A stretch of 39,287 bases of DNA, taken from the IMG/VR virus record IMGVR_UViG_3300037047_000292, positions 1-39,287 of that record; one strand, given 5' to 3'. A program made the position numbers and the translations under genes. This stretch comes from a virus (Duplodnaviria > Caudoviricetes). The number at the start of each line of letters is the position of its first letter. Within the stretch, counting starts at the first letter, position 1. The notes beneath the pieces were generated by a model. The model was not told where the DNA came from. It saw only the letters and a list, made by a program, of their open reading frames with translations, and searched no databases. Below are positions 16,529 to 25,944 of the stretch, piece by piece.

Positions 16529-16880
16529 TGAGAGCAATGAGCAAATGAGTTTATTCAGATGGGCTGCCTATAACACCGGTGCTTATCCTGATCTGCAGTG
16601 GATGTATCACATACCCAATGGCGGGAAGAGGAACATCACCACTGCAAAGCGATTAAAAGCCGAAGGGGTTAAGCCGGGTGTGCCTGATATCTGTTTGCCG
16701 GTACCCAAGGGATCATACCATGGGCTTTACATCGAGATGAAGGCAGGGAAGAACAAAGCAACTAAGCTGCAGGAAGAGTGGCTGATTGCTCTTAGCAACA
16801 ATGGTTATTCAACAGCGATCTGCTATGGGTGGGAAGAGGCAGTAGGCGTCATAAAGAGATATATGGATCAAAAGGGTTAG
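16500..16880 (+). CDS. VRR-NUC domain nuclease (Holliday-junction resolvase-like)
   Basis: HIPNGGKR...GVKPGVPDI...LYIEMK...Q..W. Confidence 0.9.
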   Translation: MYQNLFPPGSESNEQMSLFRWAAYNTGAYPDLQWMYHIPNGGKRNITTAKRLKAEGVKPGVPDICLPVPKGSYHGLYIEMKAGKNKATKLQEEWLIALSNNGYSTAICYGWEEAVGVIKRYMDQKG

Positions 16881-16910
16881 CTAAAACACATTAAGTATCA
16901 AGGGGGATGC

Positions 16911-17333
16911 ATGAAACGAACTGATCAACAGTGGGCCAACAGAAAGGTCATCGAAGTGGAACTTAGAAATTACAAGAAATCAGTCAGGGACATTCGAAAT
17001 ATGAGGGATGATATTTTAGAGTGTGGATATGGGGCAAGCAAAGACACCGGAGAAGCAATGAGAATAAGCACCGAAAAAAGGGCTATCAGGCTCATGACTT
17101 CTCCTGCCTTGAAAGAGCTTGAGAGACGAGTGGAAGCAATAAAATACATGATTGATTTCCTAGAAGCTCAGGAGGAACAAGGGAAGATCAAATTTTTGAG
17201 AATGAAGTACTTTGACAATCAATTTACTGACTTTGGCATATGCCAGCAATTGAATATCAGCAGACCAACCTATTTCAGATGGCGTGAACAAATAATCAGT
17301 TTGGTTGCCGAAAGACTAGGGTTTGAAGTGTGA
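16911..17333 (+). CDS. RinA/ArpU-like late transcriptional activator
   Basis: IEVELRNY; C-terminal sigma4-like HTH ICQQLNISRPTYFRWREQII; last gene before packaging. Confidence 0.8.
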   Translation: MKRTDQQWANRKVIEVELRNYKKSVRDIRNMRDDILECGYGASKDTGEAMRISTEKRAIRLMTSPALKELERRVEAIKYMIDFLEAQEEQGKIKFLRMKYFDNQFTDFGICQQLNISRPTYFRWREQIISLVAERLGFEV

Positions 17334-17374
17334 GAATAACATGAGACTTTTTGGCTATACTTTTGTGTTATTAT
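17331..17374 (+). promoter_or_regulatory. Putative activator-dependent late promoter
   Basis: TGAGA direct repeats 11 bp apart (17331, 17342); extended -10 TGtTATTAT (17366-17374); no good -35. Confidence 0.5.
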
Positions 17375-17382
17375 GATAGCGT

Positions 17383-17417
17383 AATAACCCGACCACGACA
17401 TTGGCCGGGTTATTTTT
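17383..17417 (+). terminator. Terminator-like hairpin between early and late regions
   Basis: AATAACCCG-ACCA...TGGC-CGGGTTATT followed by a T run. Confidence 0.6.
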
Positions 17418-17438
17418 ATACCAAGAAAGGGGTGTCGT

Positions 17439-17888
17439 ATGGCTGCCAGTAAATGGCCCGAGATAAAAGCTAGATTCTATGAAATTGAAGCAATGCTTAA
17501 GAAGGGTCTGGCAGAACATCAGATCTTTAAAAACCTAGGTATTGGGAAAACCACGTGGGAATCTTACAAGCATAAATACCCCGAACTTAAAGAGCTACTT
17601 AAAAAGGGCAGAGCATCAAATATCAAAGAGGTTGAAAATGCTCTATACAAAGCCGCTACGGGATTTTATTATACGGCACAAGAAGTGATTAGAATAAAAG
17701 ATGGTCCAGGTAAGGAGCGCATCGAGGTGGTCCAAGTCACTAAATTCAAACCACCAGATACAGCGTCAATGATCTTCTTCCTGAAGAACAGAGACAAGAT
17801 AAACTGGAGCGACAACCCGCAAATGAACGAGATTAAGCGCGAAGAACTTGACCTCAGGAAGAAAGATTTAGAGTTCAAGGGTTGGTGA
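17439..17888 (+). CDS. HTH protein, terminase-small-subunit-like
   Basis: IFKNLGIGKTTWESYKHKYPEL...VENALYKAATG...PPDTASMIFFLKNR. Confidence 0.7.
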   Translation: MAASKWPEIKARFYEIEAMLKKGLAEHQIFKNLGIGKTTWESYKHKYPELKELLKKGRASNIKEVENALYKAATGFYYTAQEVIRIKDGPGKERIEVVQVTKFKPPDTASMIFFLKNRDKINWSDNPQMNEIKREELDLRKKDLEFKGW

Positions 17889-17893
17889 TGTAG

Positions 17894-18577
17894 ATGGCTA
17901 AACACGTAGTGCTGAATGTGTTCTATGCAAGCGACAAGTGGCGCAATTTACGCCTGCAGCTCATTGCAGAACGAGGTTTAATCTGTGAGTACTGCCACGA
18001 ACGCGTCGTCCACGCTAACGAATTAACACTGCATCACATAATAGAGTTGACACCTCAGAACGTCAAGGACGCCACAATATCTCTTAACCCGAATAATCTG
18101 CTTTTGGTGCACAACAAATGCCACAACAGGATTCACAAGCATGCGGCAGTAGTAATCGAACGCAAGGTCGTTATAGTTTACGGTCCACCTTTATCAGGCA
18201 AGAACACCTATGTTTATAAGCACAAAGCGCCAGAGGATTTGATCTTAGACTATGACCTGTTATTCATGGCCATGACAGGACAGCAGCTGTACAACAAGCC
18301 TAAAGAGTTGTTCCCTAACGTCATGGCAGTGCACAACATGCTCATTGATCACATCAAAACAAGATATGGCAGATGGCAGACTGCTTGGGTTATCGGTGGA
18401 TATGCTGATCACTATAAGCGAGATAAGATGCAATCAGATCTTGGAGCAGAGCTGGTGTTCATGGACGTGAGCAAGCAAGAATGTTTAGCAAGATTAGAAA
18501 ATGACTCTCAGCGCAAGCAACACGAGGCCGAATGGACTAAATATATAAACAAGTGGTTCGAGATGTACACAGAGTGA
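17894..18577 (+). CDS. HNH endonuclease fused to a P-loop NTPase/kinase-like domain
   Basis: FYASDKW..LR, CEYC, HHIIEL...N..L.HNKCHNRIH, then VYGPPLSGKNTY. Confidence 0.85.
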   Translation: MAKHVVLNVFYASDKWRNLRLQLIAERGLICEYCHERVVHANELTLHHIIELTPQNVKDATISLNPNNLLLVHNKCHNRIHKHAAVVIERKVVIVYGPPLSGKNTYVYKHKAPEDLILDYDLLFMAMTGQQLYNKPKELFPNVMAVHNMLIDHIKTRYGRWQTAWVIGGYADHYKRDKMQSDLGAELVFMDVSKQECLARLENDSQRKQHEAEWTKYINKWFEMYTE

Positions 18578-18690
18578 GTAGCTATAGCCCCCCGGCTTAG
18601 ATTTATTTTAAACCTAAGGGCAACCGGAATAGGGTAGCTCCGTTTCACACAAGGTCAAAAATTTGAAATTGTCGGGAGGTTTTTGGAGAA
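18578..18690. other. Probable cos/packaging-initiation region
   Basis: Non-coding gap between HNH and TerS with a CCCCCCGG tract and CTTAG/CTAAG and CCGG dyads; usual position in HK97-type cos phages. Confidence 0.5.
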
Positions 18691-19047
18691 ATGCTGAATC
18701 AAAGCGAGTATCAGAAAGAACGGGTGAAGTTGACCAAATTATTTGAGTCTATTGAGCCAGAAAAAGCAGAGCTCGTTGCAGGCCTGATAGATGACGCTGC
18801 ATTCCTAAAAGCTGAAAACACCGCACTTAAACTGCTCATGGCTGAAACTGGAATGATTAAGATTCATCCAACCAACAAAGACATGCAAAAGCCACTTGAG
18901 ACGTCAAAGCAGTACTTAAGAAACGTCAACAGCTATGCGGTTATAATCAAGACCTTGAACAGCGTCCTAGCGAAGAACGCCATAGAGGAGGACGATCCGT
19001 TTGATGACTTCGTTAGAGAGCACCAAGAACGCTCAGGCAAAGTATAG
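18691..19047 (+). CDS. Terminase small subunit
   Basis: 118 aa helical protein directly upstream of and overlapping TerL; acidic C-terminal DDPFDDF. Confidence 0.75.
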   Translation: MLNQSEYQKERVKLTKLFESIEPEKAELVAGLIDDAAFLKAENTALKLLMAETGMIKIHPTNKDMQKPLETSKQYLRNVNSYAVIIKTLNSVLAKNAIEEDDPFDDFVREHQERSGKV

Positions 19048-20719
19048 AATTCAGAACTTAAAAGAGCGTTTCCCTGGATCGTACTTGATTGAATATTACG
19101 AAATGACCATCGATGGCGACATTGTTATAGGCCAAGAGCTATTGAAACAGCTCGAAAACTTACTCGATGACCTAGATAATCCAGAGTATATTTTCGACAG
19201 ATCAGATGCAGACTTCCGGATTGACTTTATAGAGCGGTTTTGCAAGCACACAAAAAGCCCATTTTACGGAATGCCATTCCTTCTCGAACTATGGGAGAAG
19301 GCGCTCATAGAAGCTTTTTACAGTTTCAAATGGACCGATACAGGCCTCAGAAGATTTAAAAAGCTGATTCTTCTGATCGCAAGGAAGAACGGGAAATCAA
19401 CAATATCGGCAGCTATCGCCTTAACAGAATTCATGATAGGCGGCGGTGGCGTAGACGTAGTTTGTAGCTCAAACGACGATGCCCAGGCAGACATCATATT
19501 TCAAGAAATAGATAATATGCGCGAGCGCTTTGATCCAAAAGATAAGCGCACCCGAAAGAACCTCAAAGGGATTTTCAACAAAAAGAACAAAAGTACTATC
19601 AAGAAGTTGTCAGACCGAACCAGGAACAAAGAAGGCCGAAACATTGACGTTGGGATCCTTGATGAAGTGCACGAAATGAAAACCAACACCATAGGGAAGT
19701 CCATCGAGCAGTCGCAAAGCACCAAGGACGAACCAATCATGATATTGATAACCACAGAAGGGTTTGTCATGGATGGGTACCTCGATGATGAGCTGAAATA
19801 CGCAAGACAAGTTCTTAGCGGTGACATAGAGGATCAAACTCTATTGGTGTGGCTTTATACACAAGATAGCGAAAACGAAATATGGCAAGATGAGAACTCG
19901 TGGCAAAAGAGCAATCCTAGTCTTGGGCTGATCAAGAAGCCGAAGTTTCTAAAAGACCAGCTCAAGAAAGCTAAGCACATAAAAGCAGAGCGCATGTTCA
20001 CATTAGCCAAGGACTTCAACATCAAGCAGAACAACGCTCAGGCATGGCTATTGGAGTCAGAGTATACAAACACCTCGACGTTTAACATTGATGACTTGAG
20101 AGGGGCAGTGGGAATAGGAGGCGTTGACTTATCTGAGACAACAGACCTTACATGTGCAAAGGTCATGGTCATGAGACCAGGAAGCCAGACTAAATACATC
20201 ATCACTAAGTATTTCATCCCAGAGGCAAAGATAGAAGCTGGAGAAATAGAGGATAAGAAGAATTATCTCGAGTGGGCACGACAAGGACTTGTCGAGGTGA
20301 CTCCAGGAAACGAAAACGACTTCGCAAAGATCACGGCATGGTTTGTAGAGCTTTATAAGACATTCGGAATCAAGATATACAAAGTCGGATATGACAACGC
20401 CCTCGCAAAGTTTTGGGTTACCGAAATGTCTGACAAAGGATTCGACATGGAGCGCGTCAACATGGAAAAGAAAATCCTTTCACAGCCCATGAAGCTTGTT
20501 GAAGCAGATTTAAAAAGCGGATTGATCAACTACAACAACAACCCCATTGACCGTTGGTGCCTTGGCAACACGGCAATCAAGATAGACGGCATCGGGTTGA
20601 TCATGCCGATCAAAGTCAACGACACAAAAAACCGCCGGATTGACGGGGCGCTGGCGCAGATTATATGCCATGCGGTTTACACCCGGTTCAGGACCGAGTA
20701 TTTAAGTTATGTGAGGTAG
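19004..20719 (+). CDS. terL: Terminase large subunit
   Basis: Walker A IARKNGKS, Walker B ILDEVHE, ITTEG, nuclease GGVDLS and RIDG. Confidence 0.95.
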   Translation: MTSLESTKNAQAKYRIQNLKERFPGSYLIEYYEMTIDGDIVIGQELLKQLENLLDDLDNPEYIFDRSDADFRIDFIERFCKHTKSPFYGMPFLLELWEKALIEAFYSFKWTDTGLRRFKKLILLIARKNGKSTISAAIALTEFMIGGGGVDVVCSSNDDAQADIIFQEIDNMRERFDPKDKRTRKNLKGIFNKKNKSTIKKLSDRTRNKEGRNIDVGILDEVHEMKTNTIGKSIEQSQSTKDEPIMILITTEGFVMDGYLDDELKYARQVLSGDIEDQTLLVWLYTQDSENEIWQDENSWQKSNPSLGLIKKPKFLKDQLKKAKHIKAERMFTLAKDFNIKQNNAQAWLLESEYTNTSTFNIDDLRGAVGIGGVDLSETTDLTCAKVMVMRPGSQTKYIITKYFIPEAKIEAGEIEDKKNYLEWARQGLVEVTPGNENDFAKITAWFVELYKTFGIKIYKVGYDNALAKFWVTEMSDKGFDMERVNMEKKILSQPMKLVEADLKSGLINYNNNPIDRWCLGNTAIKIDGIGLIMPIKVNDTKNRRIDGALAQIICHAVYTRFRTEYLSYVR

Positions 20720-20726
20720 GTGAGAA

Positions 20727-22031
20727 ATGGGACTAAGAGAAATATTAAGCTCTTTCGGGCGAAAGCCCAAGCCGGCGGATCGTTACGCAAAGTTTATGGA
20801 GGGTTACTCGCCAATCTTTACCCAGTTTGGGACAGACATTTACGCCTCAGACATTGTGCAGGCAGCAATCGACTGTATTGCGACAGAGGTCAGCAAGCTA
20901 CAACCGAGACACGTCCGGCAGGTGAGTGAGGACAAGATCGACATAGTCAAAGGACCAATCAACAGGCTGCTAAAGATAGCACCAAACGAAATGATGACCA
21001 CTCGCGACTTCTTGGAGAAGGTTATCTGGCAGCTGTTCTTAAATTATAACGCGTTTATCTATCCGACGTATCGGATCACAACCACACCGACAGGAACATC
21101 AAGAGAATACACAGGATTCTTTCCGCTCAATCCTTCGATTGTCGAGTTTATTCAGGACGACGCCGAAAGGTTGTTTGTAAGATTTACATTTGCAAACGGT
21201 GACAAATTCACGCTGGCTTATGCAGACGTGATCCACCTTCGAAAGAGGTACAGCGTCAACGAGATTATGGGCGGCGGTATAAATGGCCAACCAGACAACG
21301 CGGGCCTGATCAAGATGCTAGAGACGGACAACATTGTCATCCAAGGTTTAGGCAAGGCTGTCAAATCCAGCTTGGCCCTTCGCGGTATTGTCAAGATAAA
21401 CACAATGTTAGATGATGCCACACAGCTTGCAGAGCGTCAGAGGTTTGAAACGGCCCTAGAGAAATCAAAGAGTGGCATCATGGCCCTTGATTTAAAAGGC
21501 GATTACATCCCGCTGCAAGTGGATCCTAAAATGATTGACAAGGACACGATGCAATACATCCAAGACAGGATCCTGAATAACATCGGCGTATCAGCTCCGA
21601 TCCTTTACGGCAAGTTTAGCGACGAAGATTATCAGGCGTTCTACGAAAAGACACTAGAGCCTATAATCATTAGCCTTGGTCAGGCGTTCAGCAAGTGCCT
21701 ATTCACACCAAGAGAGCTGGACACCGGGAACGAAATAGCGTTCTACCCTCAAAAGCTATTATTCACTAACATAAAGAACAAGCTGGCCGCTGCTGACATC
21801 CTAGGAAATCGCGGAGCGCTGACAAACAACGCGCTGCTCGACATATTTGGTTATCCGCCGTATGAAGGCGGACATGTCCGGCTTGTCAGTTTGAATTATG
21901 TCGACGTGAACATAGCGAATGATTACCAGATGTCAAAAGCCAAAACGGCGGCATATGGTGCGGACATATTAACGCCGAAAGGAGATAAAAAAGAAGATGA
22001 CCAAGTCCCAGACGAACAAACAGAAGATTGA
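20727..22031 (+). CDS. Portal protein (HK97 family)
   Basis: VQAAIDCIATEVSKL, NAFIY, DVIHLR; follows terL. Confidence 0.92.
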   Translation: MGLREILSSFGRKPKPADRYAKFMEGYSPIFTQFGTDIYASDIVQAAIDCIATEVSKLQPRHVRQVSEDKIDIVKGPINRLLKIAPNEMMTTRDFLEKVIWQLFLNYNAFIYPTYRITTTPTGTSREYTGFFPLNPSIVEFIQDDAERLFVRFTFANGDKFTLAYADVIHLRKRYSVNEIMGGGINGQPDNAGLIKMLETDNIVIQGLGKAVKSSLALRGIVKINTMLDDATQLAERQRFETALEKSKSGIMALDLKGDYIPLQVDPKMIDKDTMQYIQDRILNNIGVSAPILYGKFSDEDYQAFYEKTLEPIIISLGQAFSKCLFTPRELDTGNEIAFYPQKLLFTNIKNKLAAADILGNRGALTNNALLDIFGYPPYEGGHVRLVSLNYVDVNIANDYQMSKAKTAAYGADILTPKGDKKEDDQVPDEQTED

Positions 22032-22668
22032 CGCCATGCCTAAAGAGCAGACGATCACCAGAGCTTATGCCGTTGAAGATTTCAAAGCCCAAGCCAATGA
22101 ATCCGAAAACAAAATTATCGGACATGCTTCAGTGTTTGGCCGGATGACAAACATCGGCGGGTGGTTTAACGAGATCATCGAGCGCGGGGCATTTGATGCC
22201 GCAGACCTCACAGACGTGTTTTTATTTGTTAATCACGACATGACAAAGATCCCCCTTGCAAGATCAAGAAGAAACAACGGCAACAGCACAATGACGCTGT
22301 CAATCGACGAGATCGGCCTCATGACAGATGCAACGCTCGACGTTGAAAGAAACACCGAGGCAAAGAATTTATACAGCGCTGTGGACCGTGGGGACATTAG
22401 CGGTATGTCGTTCAGCTTCAGGATTAAAGAGGACAAGTGGGAAAATCTCGACTCCGACATGCCAACCCGTCGGATCACAAAGATTGCCAAGGTTTACGAG
22501 GTAAGTGCGGTTAATATGCCCGCTTATATAGACACAGACATCAACGCCAGAGACCAGGCAGCGTTGGAGAACGCAAGGCACGCGCTGGAGAGCGCGAAAG
22601 AGCTGGAGAGCTCAGAGAGCAGCATCGAAGTTTTAAGATTAAGAAATCAAATACTATCGAAAGGTTAA
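21997..22668 (+). CDS. HK97-family prohead protease
   Basis: GHASVF, EIIERGAF, NHD, RGDISGMSFSF, EVSAVNMPAY. Start could be 22037. Confidence 0.93.
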   Translation: MTKSQTNKQKIDAMPKEQTITRAYAVEDFKAQANESENKIIGHASVFGRMTNIGGWFNEIIERGAFDAADLTDVFLFVNHDMTKIPLARSRRNNGNSTMTLSIDEIGLMTDATLDVERNTEAKNLYSAVDRGDISGMSFSFRIKEDKWENLDSDMPTRRITKIAKVYEVSAVNMPAYIDTDINARDQAALENARHALESAKELESSESSIEVLRLRNQILSKG

Positions 22669-22678
22669 AGGTGAACCC

Positions 22679-23944
22679 ATGAAAGACAGACTCAAGAAAT
22701 TACTTGCTCAAAAAGAGCTCAGAAAAGCGGACCTTATCGCAAGATCGTCAAAATCAGAGGACGTCACAGAGCTTAGAGGTATTAACACAGAGCTCGAAGG
22801 CTTAAACGGTGAGATTGCCGAGCTTAGAGGCATGATCGAAGGCATAGAAGCAGAAGAAGCGGCAGCCACAGTAGCAGCAGCACAAGAAGGCGAAAACAGA
22901 TCGGCAGCTTCACCAATTGGTGGCGGTCGTATTGTTGCAGCTTACGGAGTCGGCAAAGCGGCTGGCGTTGATGTAAGATCCGAAGAGGATCCACGCGGAA
23001 CGATGGAGTATCGAAAAGCGTTTATGAATTTTGTTCTTAGAGGCGTAAGAAGCGAAGCTCTTGAAATGAGAGCCGATGCAACAGCTGCAACATCGGACAT
23101 TAGCGCGATCATCCCATCAACAATCATGAACAAGGTTGTCGAGAAGATGGCAGACTTTGGTCGTATCTTTGCAAGAGTCACAAAGACAAACGTCAAAGGC
23201 GGCGTGTCTATTCCGATTTCATCCGTCAAGCCAACCGCTTCATGGGTTAGTGAAGGTTCTGTCTCTGAAAAGAAGAAAATGACCATCACTGGATCAATCG
23301 TTTTCGGTTACAACAAGCTACAGGTCCGCGTTGCTGAGACTCTTGAAGCTGATACCGTATCTCTTGCATTGTTTGAGAACCTTATCGCTGCAAACATCAA
23401 CGAGGCAATGGTCGTGGCAATGGAAGAATCAATCATGAATGGCGATGGCACTGGCGAGTTCTTAGGAATCACCAAAGACACAGGCGTCCCAGCTGATCAG
23501 ATCATTGAAGTTGACACAACCAAGCTTGGAGAGTACGACCTCTGGACTGCACTTCTTGCGAAGATGCCTAGAAAGTACAGAAACGGCGCTGTCATCATCT
23601 TGAATGATGCAGACTTTAACAAGTACATTGTCGGTATGGTTGACGCCAATGGCCAGCCAGTAGCTCGCGTGACTTATGGCCTTGATGGCACACAGTCAGA
23701 GAGATTCCTCGGCAAAGAAGTTATTGCCGTTGAGGACTACATCGATACGGTAGACGGCGCAGCAGCAGGCGACGTTTTCGGCGTTATTGTTCGTCTTGAG
23801 GACTACATGATCAACAGCAATATGCAAATGACTTTCCGTCGCTACTTTGACGAGAACACAGACGAGTGGATCAACAAGTCTACAGTCATTGCAGACGGTA
23901 AACTTGCCGACAAAAACGGCGTCGTGATTTTGAAAAAGAAATAA
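22679..23944 (+). CDS. Major capsid protein (HK97 fold with N-terminal coiled-coil delta domain)
   Basis: Coiled-coil N-terminus, IIPSTI, ASWVSEG, GDGTGEFLGI; follows the protease. Confidence 0.92.
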   Translation: MKDRLKKLLAQKELRKADLIARSSKSEDVTELRGINTELEGLNGEIAELRGMIEGIEAEEAAATVAAAQEGENRSAASPIGGGRIVAAYGVGKAAGVDVRSEEDPRGTMEYRKAFMNFVLRGVRSEALEMRADATAATSDISAIIPSTIMNKVVEKMADFGRIFARVTKTNVKGGVSIPISSVKPTASWVSEGSVSEKKKMTITGSIVFGYNKLQVRVAETLEADTVSLALFENLIAANINEAMVVAMEESIMNGDGTGEFLGITKDTGVPADQIIEVDTTKLGEYDLWTALLAKMPRKYRNGAVIILNDADFNKYIVGMVDANGQPVARVTYGLDGTQSERFLGKEVIAVEDYIDTVDGAAAGDVFGVIVRLEDYMINSNMQMTFRRYFDENTDEWINKSTVIADGKLADKNGVVILKKK

Positions 23945-23957
23945 TGGAGGTTGACCC

Positions 23958-24242
23958 ATGACAACAGCCGAGCTTTTAATTGAGTGTAAAAAGGGGCTAA
24001 ACATACCAGAAGAAACAACGGCCTTTGACGGCGTGTTGACACAAAAAATTCTAGCGGTTAAGAATTACGCTAAGAACGCTGGTGTTGTAGACGCACAGCT
24101 TGACACGGATGCAGGTGTTGGTTTAATCGTCATGGGTGTAGCTGACCTTTGGACATTACAGGCTGGCGAGGCTAAGTTCTCGCCCGCTCTTAATGTCATC
24201 ATGACGCAACTCGCTTGCAAAAGCATCCCAATCACAGAATAG
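23958..24242 (+). CDS. Head-tail connector (gp6-like)
   Basis: 94 aa, LLIECKKGLNI...D..L; position after the capsid gene. Confidence 0.75.
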   Translation: MTTAELLIECKKGLNIPEETTAFDGVLTQKILAVKNYAKNAGVVDAQLDTDAGVGLIVMGVADLWTLQAGEAKFSPALNVIMTQLACKSIPITE

Positions 24243-24253
24243 GAGGACCGAGG

Positions 24254-24841
24254 ATGTATCCTTACAACCATAGAAAAGGCCAGACCATACAATCAGACGC
24301 AGGCGTCGCAGTAGATAGAGCTTTTCTTGCTCACTACAAGGTGCTCGCAGCTGACGCGGTAGCAACAAGCAACACCGCAGTGCATGCAGCGGTTACGCTT
24401 GGCGCAGCAGCTCAGGATGTAACGACAGAGATCGTTAACCCAGCAACACCACGCAGCCTTATCATTAAGGGCAACGCCGCATTGATTGCCGGCAACGTCG
24501 TTATTGAGGGCACAAACTACGCAGGCGCAGTGATTACCGAAACAATCGCGCTAAACGCAGCCAATGCCGTCGAGGGCTTAAAAGCATTTAAAACCGTGAC
24601 AAAAATCACGCTCCCAGCAAAGACAAACGGATCCGGCGACACGGTGTCCGTTGGATTTGGTAACAAATTAGGCTTGCCTTATAAGCTCGCTCACAACACC
24701 GTACAGGACGCTTATTTGGACAACGCCAAAGAGGGCACAGCGCCAACCGTAACGGTAAGCGCAACAGTTCTCGAAAGTAACACCTTCAAATTAAACAGCG
24801 CCTTAAACGGCAAGGACGTCGACCTTTATTTGATGGTATAA
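24254..24841 (+). CDS. Putative virion neck/decoration protein
   Basis: AGGAGG RBS before ATG 24254; A/T/V/N-rich beta-type sequence between connector and head-closure genes. Confidence 0.6.
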   Translation: MYPYNHRKGQTIQSDAGVAVDRAFLAHYKVLAADAVATSNTAVHAAVTLGAAAQDVTTEIVNPATPRSLIIKGNAALIAGNVVIEGTNYAGAVITETIALNAANAVEGLKAFKTVTKITLPAKTNGSGDTVSVGFGNKLGLPYKLAHNTVQDAYLDNAKEGTAPTVTVSATVLESNTFKLNSALNGKDVDLYLMV

Positions 24842-24845
24842 GGCC

Positions 24846-25190
24846 ATGTTTACACCAGCAGCAACACAGCTCACATCAATCATAAGGCTTAAACACAGAA
24901 CACAGACCTTAGTCAACGGTCAGCCTAAGAATGATTATATTGACGACGACATCCCAATCCACTTATGCGAGTTTAAACCGTTTTATGGATCGGAAGCCGT
25001 GCAAGCTGGACAGATGGGCATCACAGACGGCGGGACGCTGACGATGTGGTACACTCCAGGGGTTAAATTCTCGGACCGCGTACTGCTAAACGACGACCCC
25101 GACCTCGTCTATGATGTCCAAGGCGTCGAGAACGTAGGCAACCGAGGGATGTGGCTTGTGCTAAAGGTCAAACGGGTGGTGACGCCGTAA
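24846..25190 (+). CDS. Head closure (head-tail adaptor) protein
   Basis: G.EAVQA...T.TMWY...DRV...YDV..VEN; position. Confidence 0.8.
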   Translation: MFTPAATQLTSIIRLKHRTQTLVNGQPKNDYIDDDIPIHLCEFKPFYGSEAVQAGQMGITDGGTLTMWYTPGVKFSDRVLLNDDPDLVYDVQGVENVGNRGMWLVLKVKRVVTP

Positions 25191-25594
25191 TGGGAGCACC
25201 AAGAGTGCAGATTAAATTCACCGGCCTTGAAGAGCTCGTCGAAAGGCTAAAAAAAGCCGAGGCAAACATCGACGAGATCATCGAGGAAGCGGTCACGGAA
25301 AGCGCGAAAGTTGTATTTGATGACGTGAAAGCATGGGCCGAAAAGCACAAGCGGACCGGTCAAGTGCTGGAAGGAGTCAACGCAACGCCAGTTAAAAACG
25401 TTGGAGGCAATATATACGCCTGGGTAGGAATAGACACAAGAAAAAGCCCCAACTCATGGCACGCGGTGTTTGTCGAGTACGGCACGCCAAGAAACGCAGC
25501 TGACCCCGGCATATCAAACGCCTTTAAAAAGAACAGAGCAAAGATTAAGAAGATTCAAGAGGACGTCATCAAACGCCGAGGAGGGCTCTTATGA
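25190..25594 (+). CDS. HK97 gp10-like tail completion protein
   Basis: GLEEL...RTGQ...HAVFVEYGT...P; TAATG coupling at 25190. Confidence 0.85.
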   Translation: MGAPRVQIKFTGLEELVERLKKAEANIDEIIEEAVTESAKVVFDDVKAWAEKHKRTGQVLEGVNATPVKNVGGNIYAWVGIDTRKSPNSWHAVFVEYGTPRNAADPGISNAFKKNRAKIKKIQEDVIKRRGGLL

Positions 25595-25941
25595 ACACAT
25601 ACGAGAAGATATATGAGGCTTTGAGCCCTTCCGGTTATCCGATCAGAGAGCAAGGGGCCTATGGCCCAAGCGAGACGCTTCCGGACAGCTTAATCACCTA
25701 CCAAATATTAGACCAACCCGACACAGCACACGCGGACAACACACCACACGCCATGATGTCTTATGTCAGGATTGCAGTTTACAGCACGGACCCCGTTGTC
25801 GTCCAGAGCGCGGATCAGCTTCTCAGGACGCTTCTTATACCCGACGGATTTCTAAGGGCTGGAGGTCGAGGGCTACCCTTTGACAGCGACACGGGACATT
25901 ATGGTTATATCAGCGAATACAGAATTTATGAGGAGGTATAG
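25591..25941 (+). CDS. Tail terminator protein
   Basis: 116 aa before the major tail protein; ITY...HADN...GF...DTG. Confidence 0.7.
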   Translation: MNTYEKIYEALSPSGYPIREQGAYGPSETLPDSLITYQILDQPDTAHADNTPHAMMSYVRIAVYSTDPVVVQSADQLLRTLLIPDGFLRAGGRGLPFDSDTGHYGYISEYRIYEEV

Positions 25942-25944
25942 AGC

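Noticed and set aside
22561-22620. Short GCTGGAGAGC-type repeats at the end of the protease gene
   Set aside because: They are coding repeats (ALENA/ALESA/ELESS) in a helical tail; no evidence of a separate element.
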